Assembly (NCBI GenBank): GCA_003427395.1
Contig: BFEA01000026.1
Location: 1,562,295-1,626,294 of the forward strand
Origin: Chara braunii
Taxonomy: Eukaryota > Plantae > Charophyceae
Length of the DNA stretch: 64,000 nucleotides
Reading direction: 5' to 3'
Shown here piece by piece: positions 24,440 to 37,957 of this stretch. Under the pieces are notes generated by a model that saw nothing but the letters and a program-made list of their open reading frames with translations, was not told the origin of the DNA and made no database searches. The translations under genes were made by a program, and so were the position numbers. Positions within the stretch are counted from its first letter, which is position 1, and every line of letters begins with the position of its first letter.

Positions 24440-25101
24440 TGGTGCAAAGGTTGAGGAAGTTGGGCGTTAGCAGAGACGCGGATAAGTGTGGGAAGAAGTG
24501 GGACAATTTGATGCAGCAATTCAAGAAGGTGCATCACTTCAGTTGCTTGTCCGGGAAACAAAACTTCTTTCAATTGTCGGTGAAGCAGAGGACTTCCAAG
24601 GGCTTCAATTTCAACATGGATCGTGTGGTTTACGACAAGAGAGTGGGGTCCACGCCCAAGAACCACACCATACACCCCAAGAACGTCGCCGACACCGGTG
24701 CTCCGGCTGGTTTGCGCCTTTCGTCCACCTCTTCTGCGGATCCTGAATCTGTGGGCAATGGGGACGTTGCTGCAGGGCAGGACCAGGACGATGACGGGTC
24801 GACGAAAGGTTCTTCTCAAACGACGGGTGGCCCAGGTGGTTTCGGGAAGAGGAAGAGCACAAGGCAGCAAACTTTTGAAGCGATGATAGAATGTATGGAG
24901 AAGCACGGGGCGCTAATGGCGTCGACGATGGAGAGCGCCAGCAAGCGCCAATGCTCCATCCAAATCTGGCAGTGCGAGGCGTTGGAAGCGGAGGTTGAAG
25001 TGCAGAAAAAGCACTGGTTGCACTACGCAGCATCGGACGAAGTCGGCAAACTGATGTGCCATGCTCTGTTAGAGATAGTGAAGGTCATTCGTGAGCGTTA
25101 G
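24440..25101 (+). pseudogene. Harbinger Myb/SANT-trihelix protein, C-terminal half
   Basis: Removing 9096-24447 restores ...WKWLDVVQRLRKLGVSRDADKCGKKWDNLMQQFKKV..., a trihelix motif in frame. Confidence 0.88.
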
Positions 25102-25430
25102 AGTTGGTGCCGCCTTCGTTGTGAGCATTGTGGCATCCATGGATGTCGATGGCGAGTAAGTGTGGGCCTTTCCGTCGTATAATCAACCGTGTGCGGGCCG
25201 TCGTCGACGCGCCATGTCTCGATTCCCCATCGTGGCGACGGAAGTGGGTGGTGATCCAATTGGGTCAATAAGTCGTCGTGTGTACATTGCCATTTTCTTT
25301 TTTGTTTGCCATAGATGGTTTTCGGTTGGTGGGACGGATTATTCCGTCATTGTATGATTTCAATTGGTGCCGTTTAAGTGCACAATGCACTTCCCTTTTT
25401 TAATGACTCTATGGATTCTTTCTCTGTCTC

Positions 25431-25461
<31 letters not shown>

Positions 25462-25468
25462 CTCTCTC

Positions 25469-25520
<52 letters not shown>

Positions 25521-27163
25521 TCACTCACACACACACACACACACACACACAACAACATGTGTTTTGGTGTCATCTCCCGAAATGGAATGCAGACGTGTAT
25601 TAAAGGTGTTGTCTTGAATGCCTGGTATGGAATGTTGTTGTTGTTTTCACAAACGAAATTTGCAGAAATATGAAATGGTGAATACACTCACACAATCGTC
25701 GATGCAGATGTGTTCATTGTGTTCATTGTTAATCGTCCCAGAAAGTGGTTGTCGATTCATTGCAAATGCAGATGTGGAAATTTGTTCTTTTTTTTTTTTA
25801 ATTATTTCATGCCCGCGTAACTCCTCCGGTTGGGGTGGCGGTTGCCGGAANNNNNNNNNNNNNNNNNNNNNNNNNNNNNNNNNNNNNNNNNNNNNNNNNN
25901 NNNNNNNNNNNNNNNNNNNNNNNNNNNNNNNNNNNNNNNNNNNNNNNNNNNNNNNNNNNNNNNNNNNNNNNNNNNNNNNNNNNNNNNNNNNNNNNNNNNN
26001 NNNNNNNNNNNNNNNNNNNNNNNNNNNNNNNNNNNNNNNNNNNNNNNNNNNNNNNNNNNNNNNNNNNNNNNNNNNNNNNNNNNNNNNNNNNNNNNNNNNN
26101 NNNNNNNNNNNNNNNNNNNNNNNNNNNNNNNNNNNNNNNNNNNNNNNNNNNNNNNNNNNNNNNNNNNNNNNNNNNNNNNNNNNNNNNNNNNNNNNNNNNN
26201 NNNNNNNNNNNNNNNNNNNNNNNNNNNNNNNNNNNNNNNNNNNNNNNNNNNNNNNNNNNNNNNNNNNNNNNNNNNNNNNNNNNNNNNNNNNNNNNNNNNN
26301 NNNNNNNNNNNNNNNNNNNNNNNNNNNNNNNNNNNNNNNNNNNGGTTTGGAATAGGCAGATCGGGGTGGTGTGGGAGGGGGTGTCCATTCGCGTCGCATG
26401 GCTTAGCGTTTGGTGTCCTGTCGTGGTGTCACGCGGGGTCCATCCCTCTCCACCGTTCACCAAGGGCAGCAACAAGAAAGGTGGCGGTCGACGGATGCAC
26501 ACCGCTGCGTGCTTATTTGAGAGGATGCAAGTGTCCTCATCAAATCCACGACGAGACTCCAGACGCCCGCTTCAAACTCCGCACGCCAGCCTTCTCGCCA
26601 TCTCTCACTCGCGTTCGCCTGCTCCTGCCTCCTGCCCACGCATCGCTTTTTCCATGAAACGAAAGTAGTCACGCGTTGCACTCCACCACCCTCGACTATC
26701 CAAGCCTTCCAGCGGGGTCGCCGCCTGCGCGGGCAGTTCACTGATCTAATCTCGCTGCGAAATGTTCAAGTGGTCGTCGTCGAGTCGACAACACGACATC
26801 GCCATCGCTGCCATCGTCGTCATCTTGCCTTTCCTTCTGCAGCACCTTGATCATCATCTTCGTCGCCATCATCGACATCGTCAACGACATCATGGCCATC
26901 ATCTTCGTCGCCATCATCGTCGTCATCAGCGCGTTCGTAGCCGTCATCCGCATCGCGTGCTTCTCTTCTACATCGCCCTCATCGCCCTCGTCGCCGTCGT
27001 TGCCTTTTATGCCAGCGTCGCCGTCGTCGTCGTCATCGTCATCACCGCCGTCGTCGTCATCGTCGTCGTCGTCATCGTCGTCGTTATCGTTGTCGACGTG
27101 GACTGCAAACTGTGCTTTTCAGATTTGCGATTGCTCAGCCAGCGAGCGGTTGTGTTGTGCGCC

Positions 27164-27838
27164 ATGTCGTCCCGCGGCGCTGGACGTGGCAAGAACACCA
27201 CCAACCAGGCAATGGAAGCGGCGGTGCGGGAGAAAAAGGGCCGACACAGCGCCAACAAAAACAGGAAGGTCGTCCAAGGAGGGCCCTCGGGTGCAGGAAG
27301 CACCGCAAATGACGAATGGGTTGGGGAGGAGGTTGCGCCACAGGAGGAGAGCGACTTCGAGGGAGAGGAGGAAGCGTCGTTGACGAGGAGGACGCTGAGG
27401 CGGATGGGGGGAGGCATCCAAATTGAAGAGGGGGGAATTGAAGCTCCTGCAGAAAGACGACGTGGAGGAGGCCATACAGGAGTCGGCGACGTTATGGACG
27501 TGGAAGCCGCGGCGACATCGAGGGAGGGCTTGGCAGTTGGCGTCGTGCAACCACATCGTGTGGCCGTTCCACGTCTCAACGATGCCCCGGACGCACACGC
27601 GCCTGCGGTCCGGCCACGAATACCAGCAACCCCACGATAGCGGACGGCTGCAGACGTTGCAGGTGGTTCAGAAGCGGTCGCTCAAAGGAACAGGAACCGT
27701 TCTCCTGCACAGGAGGCGCAAGGGGCCGCTCTGGGGGGGGCTTCACATGCGAGGGATGTTGCGAGGGCAGGGGATGTCATCGGAGAGGGAGAGGACGATG
27801 AAGCGCTGGTGAGCAGGGTGCGGCGGCAGGATACGCGA
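27164..27838 (+). pseudogene. Harbinger copy 1 extra ORF, N-terminal part, unknown function
   Basis: MSSRGAGRGKN...EDDEALVSRVRR resembles EYDEPLVNRVRK in copy 2. Truncated by the Gypsy fragment. Confidence 0.5.
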
Positions 27839-30217
27839 GATCGAATCATATCCGACCATGACCCGCACTTTACCAGTCAATTCTGATGACGACTCCACGA
27901 GGTGTACGACACCCAGCTTGCTTCTCCTCGTCTTACCATCCCCAGACTGATGGTCAGACTGAGGTCACGAACATCACTCTCGGAGATATTCTCCGAAAAA
28001 TTGCTCGTAACGACCAGCAGTGCGATCTCCATCTTGCCCACGCGGAGATAGCCTACAACCACACCGTCTCGCCAGCCACGGGGATATCGCCTTATTATTG
28101 AGACGTCGGTTATCACCCTCGTGTTCCCGCGGACTTCCTTCGACCGTCACAGATGCACCCCGACACGAGTTGTCCCGCGTTGGATGATTGGGTTGCACAC
28201 ATGACGTCGATCATGAAGACTGCGCATAAGCACAAAACCGCTTCCCAGACTCGCATGGCCGCACATGCGAGCCGATCGAGGATGGATCATACATTCAAAG
28301 TCGGTGATGATGTGTTTGTCGACGCCCGCCACTTACAGCTCGAACCGGACACGGTTCGCAAGTTCCGACATCGCTTTTTTGGCCCATGCTGCATTCTCCA
28401 GGCAATCGGTTCTGATATGGCATCTAGCTCGGTCAGTTTCCGTGTGAAGCTGCCCGACTACCTACACCAGACTCGTGTGCACGATGTCTACCACGTCTCA
28501 TTACTGCGTCCCTACCGCAAACCGTCAGAGCGTTTCGTTGGACGACCATAGGAGCGACCTCCACCCATCATGGTGGACGACCGTGAGGAGTTCCTCGTTT
28601 CATACATTATTGGTTGTCGAGTCACTGACGACAACCCTCCTCACGTCGAGTATCTTGTATGCTGGAAGGGTTACCTTGATGAGGAGGCTACCTAGGAGCC
28701 CCTCGAGCACTTGCAGCACACTCCCATGTTGGTGCGTGCCTATGATCGTGCTCGTCGTGCTGGGTTGATTGGTTCTCCTCAGCCCATTGACCCTCCTCCT
28801 TCTCCCTCGACTGAGGAGACCGTTGAAGTCGAGCCTACTCCATCTGATGCAGACCTTCAGCAGCAGTGGGATGCTTCTGAGCGTCCATATTGCACTTGTC
28901 GTCGTCTTGCTCGATACGATGATTGACTCTGACTTATCTTTGACTTCTCAGTACTCCATCCACTCCAGTTTTTCCACTTCAGCTAGTCGACGTTGCGACT
29001 TTTCCTCGACGACATTCCGTACTTCTCATCATGGATGTCGTCGGCAGCTTCACGACCTTCGTCACAATCAGCTCTGCCTACTTCAGACGTTGTCACTCTC
29101 TTACCACCTTACCCTGTACAGTACCCTGGTTGTGTTGCATGATGATCTCCCTTCGCCAGGTTCCTCTGAGTTGGGCTCTCCCTTAGTATACGCATAGGCA
29201 TCGGGACTGTAGTGTTGCCCTGGCTTCCCAGCTTACGGATCCAGCTCCGACTTTACCTTAGGAGTCATTTGTATGATTCCCTTACCCATCACTTTTTCTA
29301 CCCTTTGCTGGCCCTCACGCCCTAGTTAGGCAGCCTTGCATGGTTCATCTAGCTGCGCCCAATATACCAGGCTCCCTTATTCCTTGCATGGTCGACCCTC
29401 CATAGTTGTCACCCCTTTAGTCTAGTATTACCCGCCCTGATGGTCTATCTGTTAGGGTCATTGGTTCTGTTCGCTGCCAGTTCCCTACCCTCATTGAACC
29501 TGATGCCATGTGTCTCCCTATTATTATGTGTGGATGCCGTTAGGAGTTTATCGACCCCTGGGCTGCATTCGCCATCCTTAGAGACCATCCCACCCTGTGG
29601 TTTGCGATACACTCCTCTTGTGACATATGGTTGTCTTGTTGTTGCTTTGTTGCTCTCAGACTGAGACTACTGCCTCTAACATTTCTAGGATTTAGTTGTT
29701 TCTGCTTTTGTTGTTCTTAGGACTTATATACTAGTCAGTTGACTGAGTTGTTTCTAGACTCAGGCTACTGCCTCCAACATTCTAGGATTTAGTTGTCATT
29801 ACTTCTTGTTTTCCTAGGACATGTATACTAGTTAGTTGCTTCTGCTTTAACTTAGGCTGGTAGTTGTGACGTTGCTGTTTTTTGTGACATGTTCTATCCT
29901 AGGTTGCATCGCATGGACTCAGCATGGAGCTTGCTCCGCATCGTAGACTACTCGGGTTTTCTTTTTCTTTGGTAGAGTTCCGCTTCTTGGCGGAAGCGTG
30001 CTTGTATCTAGGTGATCCATCATAGGTCGAGGATCGTGTAGCAGACCTCTGGTTGGCCTGTGAGACCAGCCACTTGGCCTGTTCTCACAGGCTTGTGTTG
30101 TATTCAGGGTAGTCCAGTCCAGGCCGGTACCTCTGTCGGTACGAGTCGGTCCAGTCCAATCCAGTCAGTCCGCTAGGGTATACCCTAGCCAGAGTCTATA
30201 CTTTAGGTCATTCTACA
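27839..30217 (+). mobile_element. 5'-truncated chromovirus (Gypsy) fragment: integrase C-terminus, chromodomain, 3' UTR and candidate short LTR
   Basis: RIISDHDPHFTSQF, SSSYHPQTDGQTE, FKVGDDV, RFFGP and HDVYHVSLLRPY (integrase). EYLVCWKGY..EEAT*EPLEHL (chromodomain, ~28585-28745). Several stops. TGTA...TACA segment at 30003-30217. Confidence 0.85.
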
Positions 30218-30328
30218 TTCACACAATTTGGAGTACGTGCGTTGGAGTCTGCTTGGGAGTTGCGCTGTGCCATCTTGCTCCCCCCCCATCCTCCATCTCC
30301 ATCTCTATCCCAGGCGGAGCACCTCACC

Positions 30329-30332
30329 CAAT

Positions 30333-30395
<63 letters not shown>

Positions 30396-30432
30396 CCAAT
30401 CAATCAACCAATCAATCAATAAAAAAAAAAAA
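30329..30432 (+). repeat. (CAAT)n microsatellite plus A-run
   Basis: About 23 CAAT units followed by A12. Confidence 0.95.
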
Positions 30433-30599
30433 TTCTATTTTTTTATATTTTCTTTTTCACACACCAAAAACCACCCCCCCGAAATATTTTTTTTGAACTT
30501 TCTTTTGTTCAAGGGGGTGGGGTTGGAGTTCCAGAACCCCAATCCGTAACCCCCTTCCACAACCCCCTCTCCTCTCGGCCGTGGTGGGCCACCGAAGAC

Positions 30600-31460
30600 T
30601 GTGACCGCGGGGGATTCATAGTTACAGGCTGCCATTGCCGGTGGAGCGGGTGATTGCATTTGCATTGTAGAGGTGGACATCTTGGGAGACTTACGAGATT
30701 GACACATCATCCTTCGACGTTGGTAGGGTTACTGGACTGCTGGCCGTCCGCGACGTCACCTCGGTGTTGTTGAAGGCGTATCCGACCACCATCAAGTGGC
30801 CGACGGGGCGGAGACGTGTGCAGATTATGGGCGCTTTCAAGGAGAAGGGTTTCCCGAACTGCTATATTGCAATCGACTGCACGCGCATCTATATCGACAA
30901 GCCCATTGGCGCGCCATCAGATAACTTCTACGACCACAAACAAAAGTTTTCAGTCCAAGCCCAGGTGGTCGTGGATTTGGACTTGCGTATCCTGGATGTC
31001 CATGTCGAATACTCGGGCATTGTGCACGACGTCCGTGTCATGCGCAACTCCCATTTGTGGAGGCGTGTAGAAAGGGGCGAGTTGTTCGATGCCCCGCCGC
31101 AGAATCAACCGCACGGCACCGTCATGTGAGGTTACCTTCTCGACGACAACGACTACCCCGTTGCCTGTCCATGGATCGTGCAGCCGTACAGAGGAATCAA
31201 CCAACCTCCTGACGAGGAGCGCTTTGACACGAAGCACAAGGTGGCGCGCGATTGTGTAGAGAAAGTTTTCGGGCGGTTGAAGTGCATGTGGCGTTGTTCC
31301 TATGCACCCACAAAACGAACTTGGAAACCTTGCCTGAACAGTTTGTCGTCGTTTGCACTGTCCACGACATCCTCCCAGGCGTGAGGATTGAGTTCAACGA
31401 AAACCTATTCTGGGAGCTCGACGACAACAGCACCCGGCGTAAAGTGGACTTGGGTAATGT
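30600..31460 (+). pseudogene. Harbinger (HARBI1-like, DDE_Tnp_4) transposase pseudogene
   Basis: GFPNCYIAIDCTRI, KFSVQAQVVVD, GIVHDVRV, YLLDDNDYP and HKVARDCVEKVFGRLKCMWR motifs; stops and a frameshift. Confidence 0.92.
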
Positions 31461-32386
31461 GGGGAACGCCATGCAAGGTCGCCAACGATGCGCGAACGTC
31501 GACGGGAACCTCTTGTGGGATCCACTCTTCAACCAATTGTCATTGATGTAGGACTGTTTGGGGAATCGTGGTAGAGCTATATTAGCAGGGGTGGGTGTTG
31601 ATGTTTGTTCTTTTCATGTCACGATCAGTCGTCCATTAGATAGTTTGTCGCCGGCACGTTCACACGCCATGTTCGCAGGGAGACGGGGATGGTAGGTACG
31701 ACCATGTTCAACGACGTTTGTGACGTTATTTGTCGTGACTCCGGAGGAGTTTTTTTTTCGACTTTTTTTATCGCAGCCCTCCCCCAACTTTAACTATCTT
31801 TAGCGCCGGAGTTGTTTTGAGCGCTTTTAGTAGAAAGGAGACGGCGAAACAGACGACTTTCATCAAATTTCGTGTCTTTTGAAGGTTACATAATTATCTG
31901 TCATCGTCTCATTTTGTCTATTTCGTTGCTCATTTCGAAAGTTGTGGATGTGAAAGGCGTTGTCAGGTGTGTGTGTAAGATTGTGAAGTCACCATTCAAT
32001 TTAACGTGTCTTCATTTTCATGGTTGTCCTTTGTGTTTGTGAAATTGAGAAATTTCTCGACAATTATCCGCACTTGAGTTGTCGTGAATTTATGTCGCTC
32101 GTTGTATTCTGTTGAACACAATTCGTGTTTTTTTTTTCCTTCCATTCAACATCCAATCACGCAATGCCATTGCGAGGAGGATGTTGATTGCAGTTGGCTC
32201 ATAAATATGTCATTCTCCATATACAGTATCGAACCTTTGCAGGGACTTCAAATACAAAAATACTAAAACACTCAATTACGTGACACACATTTGAATATTT
32301 GAACACTCAATGTCATCAGACAACACACAAACCAACGACAGAAAACCGATTTTATTTGTTACACTTGGAGGAAAAAATCGTTAGAT

Positions 32387-32421
<35 letters not shown>

Positions 32422-32639
32422 GATCCATCATTATCGACCATTCCCGGAAAGCAAATACAAAGCTCACCACACGACCATTAGTATCATTACCACGAAGAAA
32501 AAACAGACACACCACACCCACCCGATCGCAGCCTAACCAGCAAGTAATCCTACAAGCAACACTTACGAAAGTTCCACCATCACCCAATACCAACCCCCCC
32601 CCCAACGTATTACCGTCCCCGCATCATCATCGCCGCACC

Positions 32640-34430
32640 ATCGTCTACACCACGTTCAACCATCATCCTCCCCCGCATCATCATCGGCGCCCCCCGAGGG
32701 GCCTGTCCCCAACCACTGTAGCCGCCTTGCATCGTCTTGACCTGATATGTTGGCGTCGTGGTTGAAGGCAATGCCGCAAGATGCCCACTCGGGAATGCAG
32801 TTGGGGAAGTGCCCCAAGGTTATGTTCCCCTTCCCCAACCACTCTGTCACAACGTTAATTGAAGAGAAGATGTGTCGCCGATGATCGAATACCCGATGCA
32901 TGGAGGCAAGGAGCACGGCTTCGCGAATCTCAGAATGTTTGCGAAGTGGAATGCCTCATAATGCGATCGCAGATCGTCTCCCTCCATTCGCATTATCGAC
33001 ATGCACGTGGCGAGCAGCAGCCTGAAGTTGTCGGCTACACATGAGAGACAGTCGTGTGTGATGCATCCATCGCCGATGGTCTGCCCTGTCTCAGCTGCTG
33101 TGCTGAAAGCCCTGACCAGTCACAGGACAGTAGCCTCCTGGTATGCCGTCATGTCATCGTCTTCCAGTTTGTCTTCGACGTGCGCCCCTGTGAACGAGAG
33201 TGGCAGGTCCATCCCCATGTCCAGCGTATGCGAGCATATGGTGGGGCTGATGACGTCGCTCCAATCCTCACCATGCTACATCGCGCAGGCGATGTTTGTC
33301 GCAACAGACTCCAGGGCCGCAGGGCGTATTTGAAGGCAACAATTTAACCTCTAGCTCTCGACCTCGATTTAAAGACCCATCCGTGCAATACATGCAACGC
33401 CACATTCTCAAGTTTCGATGCGTGGCTCAACGCTTTTTGTAGCTGCCCTGGATCCGTGAGCCTGATCTGCGACATGTTCGATTTTGGCATGGCGACGCTT
33501 CTGGGGAGCTCCGGGAGAGGAAGGCCACTGGCGATGGTGACGAAGTATTCACGTGTCTCGTGGATGATGTTGTACAACCTGCACCTCTCCCCTGATGTCC
33601 AAAATGCTTTCTCATCTACCCACAATTTCGCCCACCCTGCCAAATCTTTCGCCAGGCCTCCCTTTCGTACCCTGTTCACAAGAGGTTCATCATATTCGCC
33701 CACGTTCCCTTTCTCCAACTGCGCGCCCTCCGACTGGCGGTTCACTTCCTCTCTCCCTCGACCTTCCGCCGCCGCCCCTGATGTTCCTGCTACTGCCGTG
33801 ACGTTCGCCTCGCCCAGGTGCGGCTGCGCCGCTTGCATTGTCGCACCAACCACGGCCACAGAGCGTGGTCCACCACCTTCACTTGCATGTTTCTAACGTG
33901 GCGTCGTCAATGTGGCTGGTTGACGTGGTGTCGTTCCCCCGGCTGCCTGCGAAGTGCGTGTCCTCAATTGCGTCGATCCCCCACGATGGACAGCGGCACC
34001 AACTGGCGCTTCCTCCATTTGCTCGTCTTCATTGTGCTCCAAATCCATGACTCGTTCCTCCCGTGTTCGTGCCTGCATTGTTGATCAGCCACCCTGTGAA
34101 TGAACATTGGACGGGGAAGGCGGCGGTGGGTCAATCTGTATGCTCCCCCCCCCTGCCGCAGTTGTCGGCGACGCCCGCCTTGAGCCACGACAATATGTGC
34201 CCCTTCAAGAGCATCCTCTGTCGCGAACACATCATCGTTGACCCTCCTGCTCGGTCTTCCCCACCCATCCAACGCCATTTGCGCTACACTACTTGACGCG
34301 GCATCTTGACGGCCCGTTTTCGTTCTTGAGACTTGCCGCCCTTCTCTATCAGATCCCCTTGTCTCTTCCTCGATGCCATCGTGTTTCCTGCCGCGCACAC
34401 GACCACTTAATTCGGCTTGTGACGACATGG
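32640..34430 (-). pseudogene. Harbinger copy 2 extra ORF, unknown function
   Basis: Broken minus-strand frames including AKLWVDEKAFWTSGERCRLYNIIHETREYFVTIASG...ALHVLHGWVFKS. Homologous start in copy 1. Confidence 0.55.
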
Positions 34431-35763
34431 GCTTCTTCTGCACCACTCTCCCACTTCTCACCGCTGTCTGTCGTATGCCACCCACACAATCGCGATGATT
34501 ATCGCGATGGCAAAGAACGCGACGACATTGAAGACAATGCACTTGACGCTCACGAAAATGCTCCTAAAGACAAGGCGATGGCGAACCACAATGGAGAAAA
34601 TCGATGGCGACAACCAGATGAGCGGCGAAGGGCCCACTTACTATGATTCCCCACCAAGATGGTGATGAAGACAGTTGAAGGCCAACGGGGGTGTTACGAG
34701 GCGAGTACTTCTGTGCACAGACAGCGGGGTAAGTGAGGACACAATGTAACGGCAAGGGAGGACTGGGCTGGCAGGATCTGCTATGGCGACGAGTCCGGCG
34801 CACTTGCGCGTAGCGGGAGCTTTCGACAACGAAGGACCCAGAGGCGGAGTGCTATGCTCTCCTCTAGACCGTGATTTATTCTGCGGACAAACATGTCCTT
34901 TCAGCGGTCGAAGAGCGACGATGACTGCGCCTAACGATCACCCGAACATTCCGAAGAGCGACGATGACTGCGCCTAACGATCACCTGAACGATCACCCGA
35001 ACATTCCGGTGACCAAACGACGAAGCTAAAAAAAATAATTTTGTTTTGCATGATTCCATCCAGCCCCCTCCCCCCCCTTCCCAACGCTAACACCCCTTCC
35101 CCCCACCCTAAACCCCCCACCCACCTCCCCCTTCACTTTACGATGCGAAACACAATGTGGGAATCACCCCTCTTATCCCTCCTTCGCCTTTATTTGTTGC
35201 CCTGCGCCCTCCGCTGAAATATGCGGGGACGCATCAAGCACTTCCCTGGGGAGGAGCGGACGACGTGGACGGCGAACAGCTTCCACGAAAAGACCGGGGC
35301 ATGGGACCTCTAATGTGATCCCTACCAATGACAGGCGGGATGGCCCGTATGATGTACTCCGCATCATGTGCAATGAGAAATCGAATTCACGGGCGATGGC
35401 AGTGACGTACAAGTGTGCAATGTCCCACATTGGATCGTATTCCCCCACAACGTCATTGGGCAGGCGATCACCAACGTCACAAACGAAGATGAGTCTTAGA
35501 TGACCAGCCACCGCAGCAGGTGACGTGTCATGCCTAATCATGCACAAAAATAAAGCTTCGGTTTGCGCCCCCACCAGACGTCCACATGCCGTACCTGATA
35601 TCTATCCACGTCGTAGTCAAACTCTGCCTCCCAACAAAAATCGTAAGGATCCATGTTCCGATGGTGTGCCCATTCGTGCTCTCCTCCCGTACACCACCCC
35701 CTCGAACACCGGATTGGATTCGTGCTCAAGTCGACCAGGCACCGACGACCACTGGCAAGAAAG

Positions 35764-36596
<833 letters not shown>

Positions 36597-36821
36597 AGGC
36601 CACACAGTCCGTCAGGGAAGCGCATAGGAGGCCGGGAGTACAAACAGGAATCTGGTAAGCATATAGTAGACGAAACACTCAGAAGTCACAAAAAGCTGAA
36701 AAAAATCAGAATCTCCGACTTCAGAGTTCAAAAATCATCAAAAATAGCGCAGCCTCAGCGTGTCCTCAACTCCATAACCACCATAGCTGTCGTCTTCCCC
36801 AGGTAGTATGCAAAGTGAAGT

Positions 36822-36867
36822 CCTTCAACCGGTTTCGTCCGCCCGCTTAGAAAACTCATCAGGAAGG
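36822..36867 (-). ncRNA. Minimal type-I hammerhead ribozyme (Penelope-like-element type)
   Basis: CCUUC-CUGAUGA-GUUU(UCUAAGCGGGC)GGAC-GAA-ACCGGU-U-GAAGG. Stem I CCUUC/GAAGG, intact core, palindromic loop-less stem III, GUU cleavage triplet. Confidence 0.85.
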
Positions 36868-37957
36868 TGTACCAAATTGGTACTTCTGCCAAAAAGAGAG
36901 ACTCAAGGTCTTGTCTCCCAAGGATTTTATTGTATCCTTTGAGCTGAGAGCTCCAAACAATCTCTATGAACTAGCTAAGTCCCTTCATCACCATATTCGG
37001 TCAATATTCGAACCGCTTAACTAGTACGAGAAAAACTTGTTCGTGTGGAGGAAAATAAGTAAAACAAAACAAAAGTCGGGCATTCAAAAGCCAAAATTCA
37101 GGTAGACCAGAAAAACGATAAAAAACGGGCACACAAAATCCAAAAAAAGTAGGTAGACCAGAAAAACGAAGGAAAACTAAAGGTGGAAAACAACCGTCGA
37201 AAACGATGTACTTTCCACTGTTTCCAGGGAAAAAGGGGCCGGAAACATCTCCCACACTCCCCTGGCTGTGTCAACCCGTGTGGTGCTGTATGTTTACCGG
37301 GCGACAGTCAGATATAAAGGCACAGGGGACCAAAAGATATCTGAAGGCGCAGTGGAGAAAAACTAATGATACAATCGTTCCTTGTGCCTCTTCTGACTGT
37401 TCGAGGAAGATGCCTCAATCTGCCAAGTGCCAGTTCTGCCAAGGGCAGTTTAGTTCCCATGAACTTCCAAAAGAGTGTCCTTCGTCCCGTAGTTACCCGT
37501 TGCTGACTGACACTGGACTAACCTCTGTCGGCAGGTACTGTGTTCCAAATTCCTGAGATCGAACCCCACTCCTCTTCGTTTTTGATGTATCAGTTGGAAG
37601 TTTTTCAGTAACCCACATAGTAGTATATCTTCCGTACCCCTAGCCAATTTGGTTAGGGCCCCGAGAGAAAATAAAAGGATAATCTTTTGTTAACACAAAG
37701 TAGTGTCGAATATAAGAAACAAACCACCGAATAACTTCTTTGGAGACAACGGCGGCGAAGCCGCCAGACCACATGGGCAGAAATAGAACAACCTTGCGGC
37801 CCAAAAAACAACCCATCCCGGGGTGTTCATCTAAACATCTCACAAATCCTACAAATCTTAAAATATACTTAAAAAAAGGAAGAAGAATCTTCGAGAACAA
37901 AGGAAGACGCAAAGAAGCGTGACAGTCACACGACTGGCTGACGCACGAGGGAAGCGC

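Larger units (their letters stand above)
7359..27838 (+). mobile_element. PIF/Harbinger DNA transposon copy 1 (interrupted by the hAT element; 3' part missing)
   Basis: Terminus GGGGCTCGTTAGACACTCCT matches the reverse complement of 40341-40360. Carries a Myb/SANT (trihelix) ORF and an extra ORF homologous to those of copy 2. Confidence 0.75.

Noticed and set aside
26762-27160. Membrane or His-rich protein ORF
   Set aside because: Product of GTC/ATC trinucleotide low-complexity DNA that is open in many frames.
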